Assembly: GCA_963735595.1 (NCBI GenBank)
Contig: CAVTLK010000005.1
Coordinates: 32,001 to 96,000, forward strand
DNA from: an uncultured delta proteobacterium
GTDB lineage: Bacteria > Desulfobacterota > Zymogenia > Zymogenales > Zymogenaceae
DNA: 64,000 nucleotides
Direction: 5' to 3'
This document shows, one piece after another, positions 41,301 to 52,716 of this stretch (its first letter is position 1; each line of letters opens with the position of its first letter). A program made the position numbers and the translations under genes. The notes beneath the pieces were generated by a model. That model worked only from the letters and a program-made list of their open reading frames with translations, ran no database searches and was not told the DNA's origin.

Positions 41301-44300
41301 GGGATTTGTCCTGGACCCGATTCTCAGCCTGCGCCGGAGCCTCACTCTGGCTCCCGGCCAGCGGGTTCAAGTCTCTACTGGTTCTGGCCGCCGGCGAATC
41401 ACGCGAGCAGGTCCTCGCCCTGATGAGCAAATACGGCGATCCCCATGCGATCGATCGGGCGATGGATTTCGTCTGGGCCTCGGCCCAGCTTGAGTTGCGC
41501 CTGCTGCGCATCCAGCCCGACGATGCGCGCCGATTCCAGCAACTGGCAAGTCATCTGCTATATCCGAATCCATTGCTGCGTCCCGCCGCAGAACGAATTA
41601 CTGAAAACAACAAAGGACAGGCCGGCTTGTGGGCCTATGCCATTTCGGGTGACTTGCCGATTGTCCTTGTTTCCATTGGCGAGATGCAGGATCTCGCCCT
41701 GGTACGTCAAATGCTCCAGGCGCACACCTACTGGCGCATGCACGGGCTTATGGCCGACCTGGTTATCCTGAACGAGGAGGCCAGCGGCTATGAACAGCCG
41801 CTCCGCGAGCAACTCGAACACCTGATCCAATCACATTCGGCCAGCACGGGGGTTGATCGGCCCGGCGGAATCTATTTGCGCAGCGCTGATCTGATCCCGG
41901 CGGAAGACCTGACGCTCCTTCAGGCAGTGGCGAGTATCGTGATGGTGGCGGCCCGCGGCGCCTTACCCCAGCAAATGGGCGTGCCGATGGAAGCTCCCGT
42001 TTTGAGCGAGGCCAGTCGCCCGGAAACGGGATCCCCGCGATCCTTCGGCGGCGCTGCCCTTCATGGAACTTGCCTATTTTAACAGCCTGGGCGGTTTTAC
42101 CCCGGATGGGCGTGAATATGCAATCTATCTCGGTCCCAATATGCATACGCCCGCCCCCTGGGCGAATGTCATCGCCAACCCGACCTTCGGCACGCTCATC
42201 AGCGAAACCGGCGCCGGCTTCACCTGGCAGGGCAACAGCCAACGCAACCGCCTGACGCAATGGTCCAACGACCCGGTAATGGATTGCCCGTCGGAGGCGA
42301 TATATATCCGGGATGAGGAAACCGGAGTCTATTGGACGCCGACCGCATCCCCGATCCGCGAGGAGACCGCCTACCGGGCAAGACATGGGGCGGGGTACAC
42401 GGTATTCGAGCATAACAGCCACGGCATCGAGCAGGAACTGACGGTTTTCGTTCCCGTGGACGATCGTGGGGGGCAACCGATCAAGCTGCAACGGCTAATC
42501 CTGCGCAACGACACCGCCCGGCCGCGCAGGCTGTCGCTGACGTATTATGTGGAATGGACACTTGGCGAGGATCGTGAATCATCCCAGATGCACGTCGTGA
42601 CCGCCTGGGACGACGAAGCCCAGGTCATGATTGCCCGCAACAGCTACCGTCCCGATTACGCGGATCGAGTAGCCTTCGCGGCCGTGAGCGCGCCCACGAC
42701 ATCGTACACCGCCGACCGCACCGTCTTCCTGGGGCGCAACCGCTCGATGGACAACCCGGCGGCGATGGAGCGTATCCAGCTGTCACCGCGGACGGGAGCG
42801 GGCCTTGATCCCTGCGCCGCGTTGCAGGTCACTCTCAAACTGGCTCCCGGTGAGAGGTCGGAAATCACCTGCATGCTCGGCGAAGGCCCAGTCGATGGAG
42901 CAGGTCCATGCCCTGGTGCTTGCCTACCGCGACGGTCAGGCGCTGGAGTCCGCACTCCGGCAAACCCAGGCGTGGTGGGACGACCGGCTCGGCACGATCC
43001 AGGTGCATACCCCCGAGCTTGCCACGGATTTCCTGATCAACCGCTGGCTGCTCTATCAAAACCTTGGCTGCCGGATCTGGGGACGTTCCGGCGTTTACCA
43101 GTCCGGCGGCGCCTTTGGTTTCCGCGATCAGTTGCAGGACGTGATGGCGCTGCTTTACACCTATCCCGAGCTGGCGCGCGAGCACATCCTGCTTGCAGCA
43201 AGCCGCCAGTTCACGGAGGGTGATGTCCAGCACTGGTGGCATCCGCCGGGCGGCGCGGGAATCCGCTCGCGGATCTCCGATGATCTCTTGTGGCTGCCCT
43301 ACGTCGTCGCTCAATACATCAGGATCACCGCGGATATAAACATCCTGCACGAAAAGGTCCCCTTTCTCGAAGCACCCACGCTCAAAGATGATCAGCACGA
43401 GAGCTTTCAATCGCCGGGGGTTTCGTACGGAATCCGGCACGCTCTTCGAGCACTGCCAGCGTGCGGTCACGCATAGCCAGAAATTTGGCGCCCATGGATT
43501 GCCCCTGATGGGGACCGGGGATTGGAACGACGGGATGAACCTGGTGGGCGCCGGGGGTAAGGGCGAGAGCGTTTGGCTGGCGTGGTTTATGGTGGACGTG
43601 CTGAAGGGGATGGCCGAGATGTCCGACCTGCTGGGCCGATCCGATTTGAGCCGGACCTATCATCAGGACCGAAAAACGCTGATCCAGCATGTTGAAGGGT
43701 TCGCCTGGGATGGGAAGTGGTATCTTCGGGCGACCTTTGACGATGGCACGCCGCTGGGTTCTTCGGCGAATACGGAAGCGCGGATCGATTCGCTGCCGCA
43801 ATCCTGGGCCTGGCTCAGCGGCGCCGCCGATCAGAAGCGCGCCGAGAAGGCACTCGAATCGGCGTGGAGCCACCTCGTCCGGGAGGATGAGGGGCTGGTG
43901 CTGCTCTTTGAACCTCCTTTCGATACGTCGGAGCCTTCACCCGGATACATCAAGGGTTACCCGCCGGGAGTGCGGGAGAACGGCGGCCAGTACACCCACG
44001 CCGCCCTCTGGCTGGCCATGGCCATGGCGCGCAGTGGGGACGGCACACGCGCGGTGAAAATCCTGCGCATGCTCAATCCGATCGAGCACGCCCGCGATCC
44101 TGAATCGGTCTGGCGTTACGGGGTCGAACCCTACGTGGTTGCCGCCGATGTCTACCGCTTGCCAGGGTGGATCGGCCATGGCGGCTGGTCCTGGTATACG
44201 GGCTCGGCGGCGTGGATGTACCGCGCCTGGGTGGAAGAAATTCTGGGTCTGAAAGTACGAGGAGAAACCATGCGGCTCGATCCGGTCATCCCCGGCTGGT

Positions 44301-44537
44301 GGGATGGTTTCCAAATAAGCTACCGCCACGGTGAAGCGCTCTACGAGATCGAGATCGAAAATCCCCGAACACGGCGAGCGAGGCGTGATCTGGGTGGAGA
44401 TGGATGGCAAACGCGTCAAGGACGGCTTGATCGGCCTGGATCGGGACCTGGTCAAGCATCACGTTGTTGTCCGTATGGGGCAACCCGAGCAGGTAGGAAA
44501 AGCCAAGAAGACTCGATTGAAGAGTCCTGTCGAATAA
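35310..44537 (+). CDS. ndvB: Cyclic beta-1,2-glucan synthase NdvB/Cgs-like (GT84 + glucoamylase-like + GH94 phosphorylase), many apparent frameshifts
   Basis: In order across ~10 ORF fragments: EWLLDNEY, GELWAVPQMLR, MDFATRDRYR, GWERKRGKL, ITLDSDT, GKGIYDV, LLSHDL, RQHRWIRGDWQI, LPPDNYQ, RTSPTNIG, YDLLASEARL, WTGTMFEYL, PAPWANVIAN, YQSGGAFGFRDQLQD, GDWNDG and ENGGQYTH. Confidence 0.9.
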
Positions 44538-44623
44538 GGCAGAATCGATCACGTGAAATATGGGGTTTCAGGCCTTGTTTCTATCTATTTTTAAGGGTTG
44601 GCCTACCTCCCGAAAATGTCCGT

Positions 44624-44664
44624 CAGTCATGAGGCAGGAGGTTCGATCCCGACCCCCAGCACCA
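44624..44664 (+). other. Degenerate tRNA 3'-half remnant (att-like scar)
   Basis: CAGTCATGAGGCAGGAGGTTCGATCCCGACCCCCAGCACCA. The last 25 nt match the tRNA-Leu 3' end at 22/25; the first 11 nt match tRNA-Ala. Confidence 0.65.
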
Positions 44665-44795
44665 TACATGCCATCATACCGGCGGCCCCGTTTTTTTCTA
44701 CCGGCGATTGGTCCGAACTCGGAAAACGCCGCGACCTGTCATGTCAACTTCCGGCATATCGGCGCGCCGCTGCCGCCGGATAGCCGGCTCCCCCA

Positions 44796-46230
44796 TTACG
44801 TCGCCGACAATTCCCGCGGCGTCACGCCCGGCTTGTAGGTCTTGACGCTCACCGCGTACATCAGGATGACGGCCACGATCAGCGCCCCCGCGATCGGCTC
44901 AACCCACTCGGGCAGGCCCACCGTAAACTTCAGGGCGTACAGGGCCACCACCGTGACGCCCCCCCCGATCATGCTGGCGATCGCCCCGGCGTTGGTGGCC
45001 TTTTCCCAGAAGAGGGCCGCCATCGTGGGGACAAACCCGACGGCTATGAATATGGCAAACGACAGGAGCATCATGTCGAAAATCCCCCGCATCAACAGCG
45101 CGAAGGTAATCCCCAGGATACCGATGGCCGCCACCGCGATTCGCGCCGTCCACAGGGCGGTGTGCTCCTGCATGTTCGGCTTGAAGAGCCGGGCCACGTC
45201 CCGGGAGACGGTCATGCCCGCTACCATCAGGACGCTCGCGGCGGTCGACATCACGACGGCCAGGATGGCCGCGATCGACAAGGCCGATCATCACGGGGGG
45301 GAGGTTGTTCATGATCAGGACGGGAACGACCACGTCGTTCGTGCCATACAGCGCCTTGAGCGAGGGGTAGAGGTAAAACCCGATCATTCCCACGAAGATG
45401 ATGGAGAGGCTGTAGCCGAAATAGAGGATGGTCGAGATGACGATGCTTTTGCGGGCCACGTGCTCGTCCCTCGCGGATGAGGCACGCTGCCAGAGAGAGA
45501 CATCGATAAAGCAGATTGGGATGAGGGTGAGAAACCACCCGATGACGGTAAACAGCGGCGCCCCACCGAAGAGATCGAGCATGCGGGACGGCATCTTTGC
45601 CGCCATCCAGCCGAAGTCCATCCCCTTGAAGAGAAAGATCGGCAGCATCACGCCGAGAATCACCAGCAGGAGGATCGCCTGGACGATCTCGGTGTAGGCA
45701 AGCGCAAACATGCCGCCGGCAAACGTGTAGGCTATCATTACGGCGCCGGCGATCAGCACGGCATGGCCGTACGTGACTCCCCAGAGAGACCCCCCGACCG
45801 CGGTAAAGACGGTGCCGAGGGCGGCCACCTGGACACCGAAGAGGGCAATAAGCCCCAACAGGAGAAAAGCCGCCGAGATGATCCGGGCCGTGTTGCCGTA
45901 CCGCGCCAGGAGGACTTCCGGGATCGTCCAGTATTTTAACCGCCTGATTACCCGGGCGATGAACGAAAAGCCGATCAATCCCAGGGCGTAGGCGACGATA
46001 CTCCAGACGACCACGATTCCGAAATTATATGAGAGCCCCCCCACGCCGAGCGTGGCGCCGGCCCCGATGGCGGTGGCCGTGATCGCGCCGACCAGCGTCG
46101 GGTAACCCAGGGACCTGCCCGCCAGCGAATAGTCCGTCTCGTTTTTAACCTTGCGGTAGCTCACCACGCCGACTATCAGGATAAAGACAAAATAGAGGAT
46201 GATAACGATCAGATCAATAGTGCCCACCAT
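44796..46230 (-). CDS. Sodium:solute symporter (SSS) family (apparent frameshift ~45280)
   Basis: DYSLAGRSL, TIPEVLLARYG, YTFAGGMFALAYTE, WQRASSAR and AAILAVVMSTAAS. Confidence 0.88.
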
Positions 46231-46381
46231 AGCGGTTACTCCTTTCTCTATGGATTATAGACAGTCGATGCAACCGCCGATCGAGAATAACGCGAGAAAC
46301 AACGGCGGTTGCCCCGCTGTTTAACGCCCCCTGTACACCGTGAAAGGCCACAGGGCCGCCCGGTACCCCCGGCGCGGCGCG

Positions 46382-47272
46382 CTATGCCCCTTCCAACCCG
46401 AAGAGGCGCGCGGCGTTGTGGTACAACCACTTATCCTTGACCTCCTCGCGCAAGGGCAGATGACATACCTCGCCGACCCCCTGCTTCATTGAGAGCATCG
46501 GCCAGCCCGAAGCGAACATGATTTTATCCGCCAGGACGCTGCCACCCAGCTGTAACAGCGTCTCATATCCCGAGTTGGACTTGCCCAGATACTTTGGACG
46601 GACGGTGGAAGTCGATATATAGACATTCGGGTGCCGCCAGGCCACGGCCACGAGCTCGGCCACCCACGGGAACCCGGGGGTGCTGCCGACGATTTTCAGA
46701 TCGGGAAAGTCCACCGCGACGTAATCCAGGTGGTTGGGACGGCAGATGTCCATACGGACGTCGCGTCGAAAATGCATCGACGATTCAATGAAGACGACAG
46801 CATTCAGCTCAAGGCACTTTTCGTAGAGCGGATAGTATTTCCTGTCCGAGGCGGGGAGGTTGTACTCATACGTCCAGAGGTCTATCCCTTTAAGGCCCAG
46901 ATCCTTTACGGCATGTTCCAGGTTTTCCAGCGCGCCCTTCCCCTTGAGCGGATCGGCGCCGGCAAGCCCGATGAACCGGTCGGGAAAGCGGCGGACGATA
47001 GCCGCGCACGCCTCGTCCGGGATCTTCATCCCGAAGGTCGTCTCGATATCCCTGGAGCGGATGACGGCGATATCGATGCCCTCGTCATCCAGCAGCTTGA
47101 CAAACGATTCGGGCGTCCACTCGGCCTTAACGAGGGCGGACAGACCCTGTTCGAGATCGGGGCCGTAAATCCTGAAATAGTCCTTCATGTATGAGGGCTC
47201 TATGAAGAACTCCTTGAACGGCGGTGTGACGGCGCAGTCGATCACCTTCTTCTTCTTTGCGGGATCCGACAT
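46382..47272 (-). CDS. Amidohydrolase_2 family protein
   Basis: FPDRFIGLAGADP, YYPLYEKC, VAVDFPDLKIV, HPNVYI and KIMFASGWP...NAARLF. Confidence 0.82.
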   Translation of the reverse strand: MSDPAKKKKVIDCAVTPPFKEFFIEPSYMKDYFRIYGPDLEQGLSALVKAEWTPESFVKLLDDEGIDIAVIRSRDIETTFGMKIPDEACAAIVRRFPDRFIGLAGADPLKGKGALENLEHAVKDLGLKGIDLWTYEYNLPASDRKYYPLYEKCLELNAVVFIESSMHFRRDVRMDICRPNHLDYVAVDFPDLKIVGSTPGFPWVAELVAVAWRHPNVYISTSTVRPKYLGKSNSGYETLLQLGGSVLADKIMFASGWPMLSMKQGVGEVCHLPLREEVKDKWLYHNAARLFGLEGA

Positions 47273-47323
47273 TGTTCCTCCGGCAGTACAGGTGTCTAGA
47301 TGTAAGAGGTCTACGCTAATCGG

Positions 47324-48959
47324 TTATCCGGTTTCGCTGAGCGTCCTTATCACTTCGTTTCTGAGAGCGGTGCGGTCGGACTTCCCGATTCGCGTGATCG
47401 GGATGTCGTCTTTGATGACGATTTTTTTGGGCACTTTAAACGCGGCCAGGTTCTCCTTCAGGTAGGCCGTGAGCCCTTCGGTATCTACCGCTGTTCCCCA
47501 GACAGGAGCGACGTAAAGCCAGACCACCTCCCCGTAGATCTTGTCGGGAATCCCGATGGCCGCAGACAGCCCCACGTTCGGATACTGAGCCGCGACGTCC
47601 TCCACCTCGGTCGGGAGCACCGTATAACTGCCTACCCGAATAATCTGTTTGATACGTCCTTTGATGTAGATGCCGCCGTCCTCGGTCAGGTATCCGAGGT
47701 CCCCGGTCCTGCACCAGCCGTCGGGGGTGAAACCGGCCTCGTCCTCTTCGGGCATGTTGTAGTAATGAGGTATCACCAGCGGCCCGCCGATAATGACCTC
47801 GCCCACCTCCGTCCGGGGGACCTCATTGCCCTGATTGTCGACGATTTTAACCGTAACCGTGGGGAACGGCTTCCCAACGTAGCCCTCGTCGATCCAGGCC
47901 AGGTCATCACCCGGCTCGGTGTAAGAGACTGCAGAGCCCGCCTCGGTGCTTCCGTAGCCTGAGACGAGGACGGGGGAGATTTTCTCCTTTATTCCCGTTG
48001 CAAGCTCCAGCGATACCCGCTCGCCGCCCAGGGCCGCCAACTTTACGCACGACAGGTCAAATGTATCCAGATCGGGCAGAGACAATAAGATCGCGTACAT
48101 CGTCGGCACGCCTCCCATCCAGGGGATCTTCTGCCTGGCAGTGACCTCCAATACCTTGTAGGGGCTCCAGTCTTCCATCAGGATGACCTCAAAACCGCCC
48201 ACGAGCGGCATCCCGACCAGCTCAACCGTCCCTCCCACATGGCTGGGCGGAAGCGCTGCCAGGCTTTTGATGCGCCCCTCTATGCCCACCTGAGAGAGCG
48301 CCTTCCTGAAAAAGCCGTATTCGATATATGACATGAAGGTCGTGTTGAGGTTGTTGAGGAGGGCCGCCTTCGGAACGCCCGTCGTCCCGCCGGTGAAGAT
48401 GATCAGGGAGCCGTCGGCGGTGTTCAACGAGCGCTTTCGCGCCTCGAGTTCGTCTTCGCGCCCGAATTTTTGGGCCAGGAGATCCTCGAAGGAGCGTCCG
48501 AACTCGGCCGAGCCGACCAGCACCTTCGGGATGTCGCCGAAAAGACCCGAAAGACCCTTGAGCTTCTCAACGGTATTGAAGTCCTTGACCCCGGTGATAG
48601 ACAGGATCAGGGAGGGTTTGGCGTGGGAGAGGAAGCGCTCCAGATCCCTGGTGCGAAACTTCACGTCCATCGGGACGAGGATCGCCCCGGCGGCGCCGGC
48701 GGCAACGAGCGTTACTACGAAATCGATACCCATGGGCAGGATCGAGACGATCCGGTCTCCCTTTTTGATGCCGAAAGAGAGAAACGCCTGGGCCAGCCGA
48801 TCGACCTAGTTGTTTAAATTGGCCTGCACGTACGGTGCGGTCACCCTGGGTGAGGGATGGAAAATCGGGATCGATCCCGCTCCAGTAGTCAACGTACTGC
48901 CAGTAGTAGTCGAAGTGGGGAACATCAAATTTCGGGATTTCAAAGGTCGGCTTTTCCAT
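47324..48959 (-). CDS. Acyl-CoA synthetase / AMP-binding enzyme (apparent frameshift ~48808)
   Basis: FTGGTTGVPK, GYGSTE, RTGDLG, GRIKQII and FKVPK. Confidence 0.88.
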
Positions 48960-49056
48960 CGTCTGCCTCCGGAAAGCGAAAATAGGGAGATCCGGCCGAA
49001 GCTCAGGAACCGTAATTGCTCATCGATCGCCGCGTGGAGCGGTGAATAACATTATA

Positions 49057-49066
49057 TTGTATACAA
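49057..49066. promoter_or_regulatory. Perfect palindrome TTGTATACAA (GntR/FadR-type operator candidate)
   Basis: Located in the divergent intergenic region between two acyl-CoA ligases. Confidence 0.45.
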
Positions 49067-49269
49067 ACGAAACGGCTGGATACTCTATGTTGCCGGTTCG
49101 CCTATTTATGTACACGAGTTTTGAATTCATGTCAAACGAATTAAGGCAAAAAACGAACGGAAGGGACCCGGGCCGCGGGCCTATTTCGATGTTGACACGC
49201 GAGTCAACCTATAGTACACAGTATACGTAGATCGATCATCGGTTCGGATACCATACAGGGAGCCAGCCA

Positions 49270-51141
49270 ATGGAAGAATTCATTATCAGAAACCTTGCCG
49301 ATATCCAGGCGATAGAAAAGGTCCCTCTCTCCAAGCGATTCTCGGAAACAAGCACCTACCAGGCCATAAAAAAGGGAAGCGGCATCAACCCGGACGCGGT
49401 AGCCGTCAACTTCATACTGACCGGCGACCAGTATCAGAACCCGATATCGGTCACCTATAAGACGCTGATCGGCCGGATACACCAGGCGGCAAACTGCTTT
49501 CACGACCTGGGGATAGGGCCGAACGACGTCGTGACCTATCTCCTGCCGAACGTCCCCCAGACGCACTACGTCCTGTGGGGGGCAGAGGCGGCGGGTATCG
49601 CCAACCCGGTCAACCCGCTCCTGGAGGCCTCGGCGATACGCGATATCTGCCGGGCCGCCCGGACGAAGGTCCTGGTCGCGCTGGGAGACGTGCCCGGTTC
49701 AGAAATATGGAAGAAGGTACAGGCCGTCAAGGACGACATCCCCACGCTGAAGAATATCCTCGTCCTGCTGGGGCAGACGGAAAAGGGAAAAGGGATATTC
49801 AACCTCGACGAGAAGCTGGCCGAATACCCGGAGGATAGGCTCGTCTTTACGAGGGACATTAAGCCCTCCGACGTAGCCTCCCTCTATCACACCGGCGGGA
49901 CGACCGGCACGCCCAAGCTCGCCCGCAGGACGCACGGTAACGAGCTCGCCAACGCCTTCGTGATGGGACTTATGGCCGGCATTACCCCGGAAAACGTTGT
50001 CATGTGCGGGTTACCCCTGTTCCACGTCAACGGGACGATTGTAACGGGCCTTGCCCCGTTCTGGTGGGGGGCGCAGGTTGTGCTCCTTTCGCCCCAGGGG
50101 TACCGGGACCCCGGCATCCTTCCCAACTTCTTCAAGATCATCGAAAAATTCCGCGGGAGCTTCTTTTCGAGCGTCCCCACGATCCTTTCCGTGCTCCTGG
50201 AGACCCCGAAGGGGAATGCCGATATAACGAGCCTCAAGTACGCCATCTGCGGGGCCGCCCCGCTGTCGGTAGAGCTGTTCCGGCGTTTCGAGGAGTATAC
50301 CGGCCTGAAGATCCTCGAGGGATACGGCCTGACGGAATCGGCAGCGGGGGCCTCGGTCAACCCCAAGGACGGCCAGCGCCGGGTCGGCTCCATCGGCCTG
50401 AGGCTGCCGTACGAGGAGATGAAGACCGTCATACTCGACGACGAGGGTGTCTACGTCCGGGACGCAGAGCCGGAAGAGGTCGGAGTCATCGCGCTGCGCG
50501 GCCCCAATGTCTTTCTCGGATACGTGGATGAGCTGCACAACAAGGGGCTCTGGATTGACGACGGCTGGCTGAACACCGGCGACCTGGGCCGTATGGACAA
50601 AGACGGCTATTTCTGGCTGACCGGAAGGAAGAAGGAGATCATCATCCGGGGCGGCCACAACATCGATCCGGCGGTCATCGAGGAGCCGATTTACCGGATG
50701 CCCCAGGTCAAGGCCGCGGCGGCGGTAGGCCGGCCCGACGCCCACTCGGGAGAGGTCCCGGTGGCCTACGTCGAGCTCAGGGAGGGCCAGTCGCTCACGC
50801 CCCAGCAGATCCTGGAATTTGCCGCCCGAGAGATACCCGAGCGGGCCGCCGTCCCCAAAGAGGTGTACATCGTCGATAAGCTCCCACTGACCCCCATCGG
50901 GAAGATCCATAAGCCGACCCTCGTGTGGGACGCCGCCCGGCGCGTCTACGAAAAGGAGATGGAGGCCGTCTCGGACCTTGTTTCATCGGTAACGGTGGCG
51001 GTTGCTGAGGACAGGACCTCCGGGAAGGTCGCGGCCATCACCGTTACCCCAAGGCCGGGGATTACGGCCGATACCGTCAAGAAACGTATCGACGACGTCC
51101 TGGCCCGCTATACCCTCAAGTATGTGGTAGTCATAGCCTAA
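49270..51141 (+). CDS. Acyl-CoA synthetase (AMP-binding)
   Basis: YHTGGTTGTPK, LPLFHVNG, EGYGLTE, NTGDLG, IRGGHNIDP and TPIGKIHKP. Confidence 0.92.
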   Translation: MEEFIIRNLADIQAIEKVPLSKRFSETSTYQAIKKGSGINPDAVAVNFILTGDQYQNPISVTYKTLIGRIHQAANCFHDLGIGPNDVVTYLLPNVPQTHYVLWGAEAAGIANPVNPLLEASAIRDICRAARTKVLVALGDVPGSEIWKKVQAVKDDIPTLKNILVLLGQTEKGKGIFNLDEKLAEYPEDRLVFTRDIKPSDVASLYHTGGTTGTPKLARRTHGNELANAFVMGLMAGITPENVVMCGLPLFHVNGTIVTGLAPFWWGAQVVLLSPQGYRDPGILPNFFKIIEKFRGSFFSSVPTILSVLLETPKGNADITSLKYAICGAAPLSVELFRRFEEYTGLKILEGYGLTESAAGASVNPKDGQRRVGSIGLRLPYEEMKTVILDDEGVYVRDAEPEEVGVIALRGPNVFLGYVDELHNKGLWIDDGWLNTGDLGRMDKDGYFWLTGRKKEIIIRGGHNIDPAVIEEPIYRMPQVKAAAAVGRPDAHSGEVPVAYVELREGQSLTPQQILEFAAREIPERAAVPKEVYIVDKLPLTPIGKIHKPTLVWDAARRVYEKEMEAVSDLVSSVTVAVAEDRTSGKVAAITVTPRPGITADTVKKRIDDVLARYTLKYVVVIA

Positions 51142-51201
51142 CGGGCCGATCGGCTGCCGAAAATACCGTCACCAGCACCATCACTCGATGGTGCGCGGGG
51201 T

Positions 51202-52704
51202 GTGCCTATGTCCTCAGTATCTGCGCCCGACGCACCGCAGCACGATCGGCATCGTCCCCGTTTTCATTTCACGCCCCAGAAAAACTGGATGAACGATCCC
51301 AACGGCCTGGTCTACTACGGCGGCCGTTTTCACCTCTATTATCAGTACAATCCCTTCGGTACCCGGTGGGGCAACATGCACTGGGGGCACGCCGAAAGCG
51401 CCGACCTGGTCGGCTGGCGCCACCTGCCGATCGCACTTTCCCCCGACCGGCTGGGCACGATCTTTTCCGGGTCGGTCGTCGCCGATCGCCTGAACACGAG
51501 CGGGCTCTTTCCTGCGGGCAAGGGCGGGCTCGCGGCTGTCTTCACCTATTTCAAGTGGGGATTGCAGCGGCAGGGCGTGGCGACGAGCCCCGACTGGGGC
51601 CTCACGTGGAATATGTATCATGGTAACCCGGTCATAAAGAATCCCCTCCTGATTCACTTCCGCGACCCGAAGGTGTTCTATCACGGCCCCACCCGGCGGT
51701 GGGTCATGCTCCTCACGGTCGGGAGCCGTATTCGCTTCTACCTGTCCGAAAACCTCCTTGCCTGGGCGCCGGCCGGCGACTTCGGCAAGGATGCGGGCGC
51801 CCACGGCGGAGTCTGGGAGTGCCCCGACCTCTTCGAGCTTGCCGTTGACGGCGACGAAAAAAATAAAAAATGGGTGCTTTTGGTCAGCGTAAAGGGCGGC
51901 GCCCCCGGCGGGGGGTCGGGGACGCAGTATTTTACCGGCGATTTCGACGGACGGCGCTTTACCGCCGACGGGCCGCCCGGCCGGGTCCGGTGGCTCGATT
52001 TCGGCGCCGATAACTATGCCGGGATTACCTATAACAACGTCCCGGAGTCGGACGGGCGGCGGATCTTCATCGGGTGGATGAACGACTGGCGGTACGCCCA
52101 GGAGATCCCCACGGCGCCCTGGCGGGGCGCGATGACCACCCCGCGGGAGCTTTCGCTCATCCGGGAGGGCGGCGAGATGATGCTTGCCGTACGGCCGGTC
52201 CGTGAGCTTACCGCGGCTCGGATGGGGGGCTTTCACCTGGACGCCGCGCGCATCGAAGGCGAGATCATCGTGGAGAAAAAGGAGCTCGCGGGCGGCGCCT
52301 TTGAGATCGCCGCCGAATGGGAAGGGGAAGCGGAGACGGGCGAAGCGGGGCAATTCGGGATCGCGCTTAAAAACGGCCGGGGGGAGGAGACGGTCATCGG
52401 TTTCGAGCCGGCGTCAGGGCGGCTGAGCCTGGACCGCCGCCGGTCGGGCAATACCGGCTTCTCCAGGCATTTCCCCGCCGTGCACCATGCCCCGATCGGC
52501 TCTAATAAAGGCCGCTTTAAGGCGCAGATCCTGGTGGATACCTGTTCGATCGAGGTCTTCGCCGGGGGCGGGAGGACCGTCATAACCGACCTCGTCTTCC
52601 CCGGCTCCCCCTACGACCGCTTCACGCTCTTTTCCCGGCGCGGTCCCGCCAGGCTTCTTTCGCTCTCGGGGTGGGGGATCGACCCTCACCACACGGATAG
52701 ATAA
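51202..52704 (+). CDS. Glycoside hydrolase family 32 (levanase/beta-fructofuranosidase)
   Basis: WMNDPNG, WGHA, FSGS, FRDPKV and WECPD catalytic motifs; C-terminal SIEVF. Confidence 0.92.
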   Translation: MPMSSVSAPDAPQHDRHRPRFHFTPQKNWMNDPNGLVYYGGRFHLYYQYNPFGTRWGNMHWGHAESADLVGWRHLPIALSPDRLGTIFSGSVVADRLNTSGLFPAGKGGLAAVFTYFKWGLQRQGVATSPDWGLTWNMYHGNPVIKNPLLIHFRDPKVFYHGPTRRWVMLLTVGSRIRFYLSENLLAWAPAGDFGKDAGAHGGVWECPDLFELAVDGDEKNKKWVLLVSVKGGAPGGGSGTQYFTGDFDGRRFTADGPPGRVRWLDFGADNYAGITYNNVPESDGRRIFIGWMNDWRYAQEIPTAPWRGAMTTPRELSLIREGGEMMLAVRPVRELTAARMGGFHLDAARIEGEIIVEKKELAGGAFEIAAEWEGEAETGEAGQFGIALKNGRGEETVIGFEPASGRLSLDRRRSGNTGFSRHFPAVHHAPIGSNKGRFKAQILVDTCSIEVFAGGGRTVITDLVFPGSPYDRFTLFSRRGPARLLSLSGWGIDPHHTDR

Positions 52705-52716
52705 GGAGGAGTTCTT

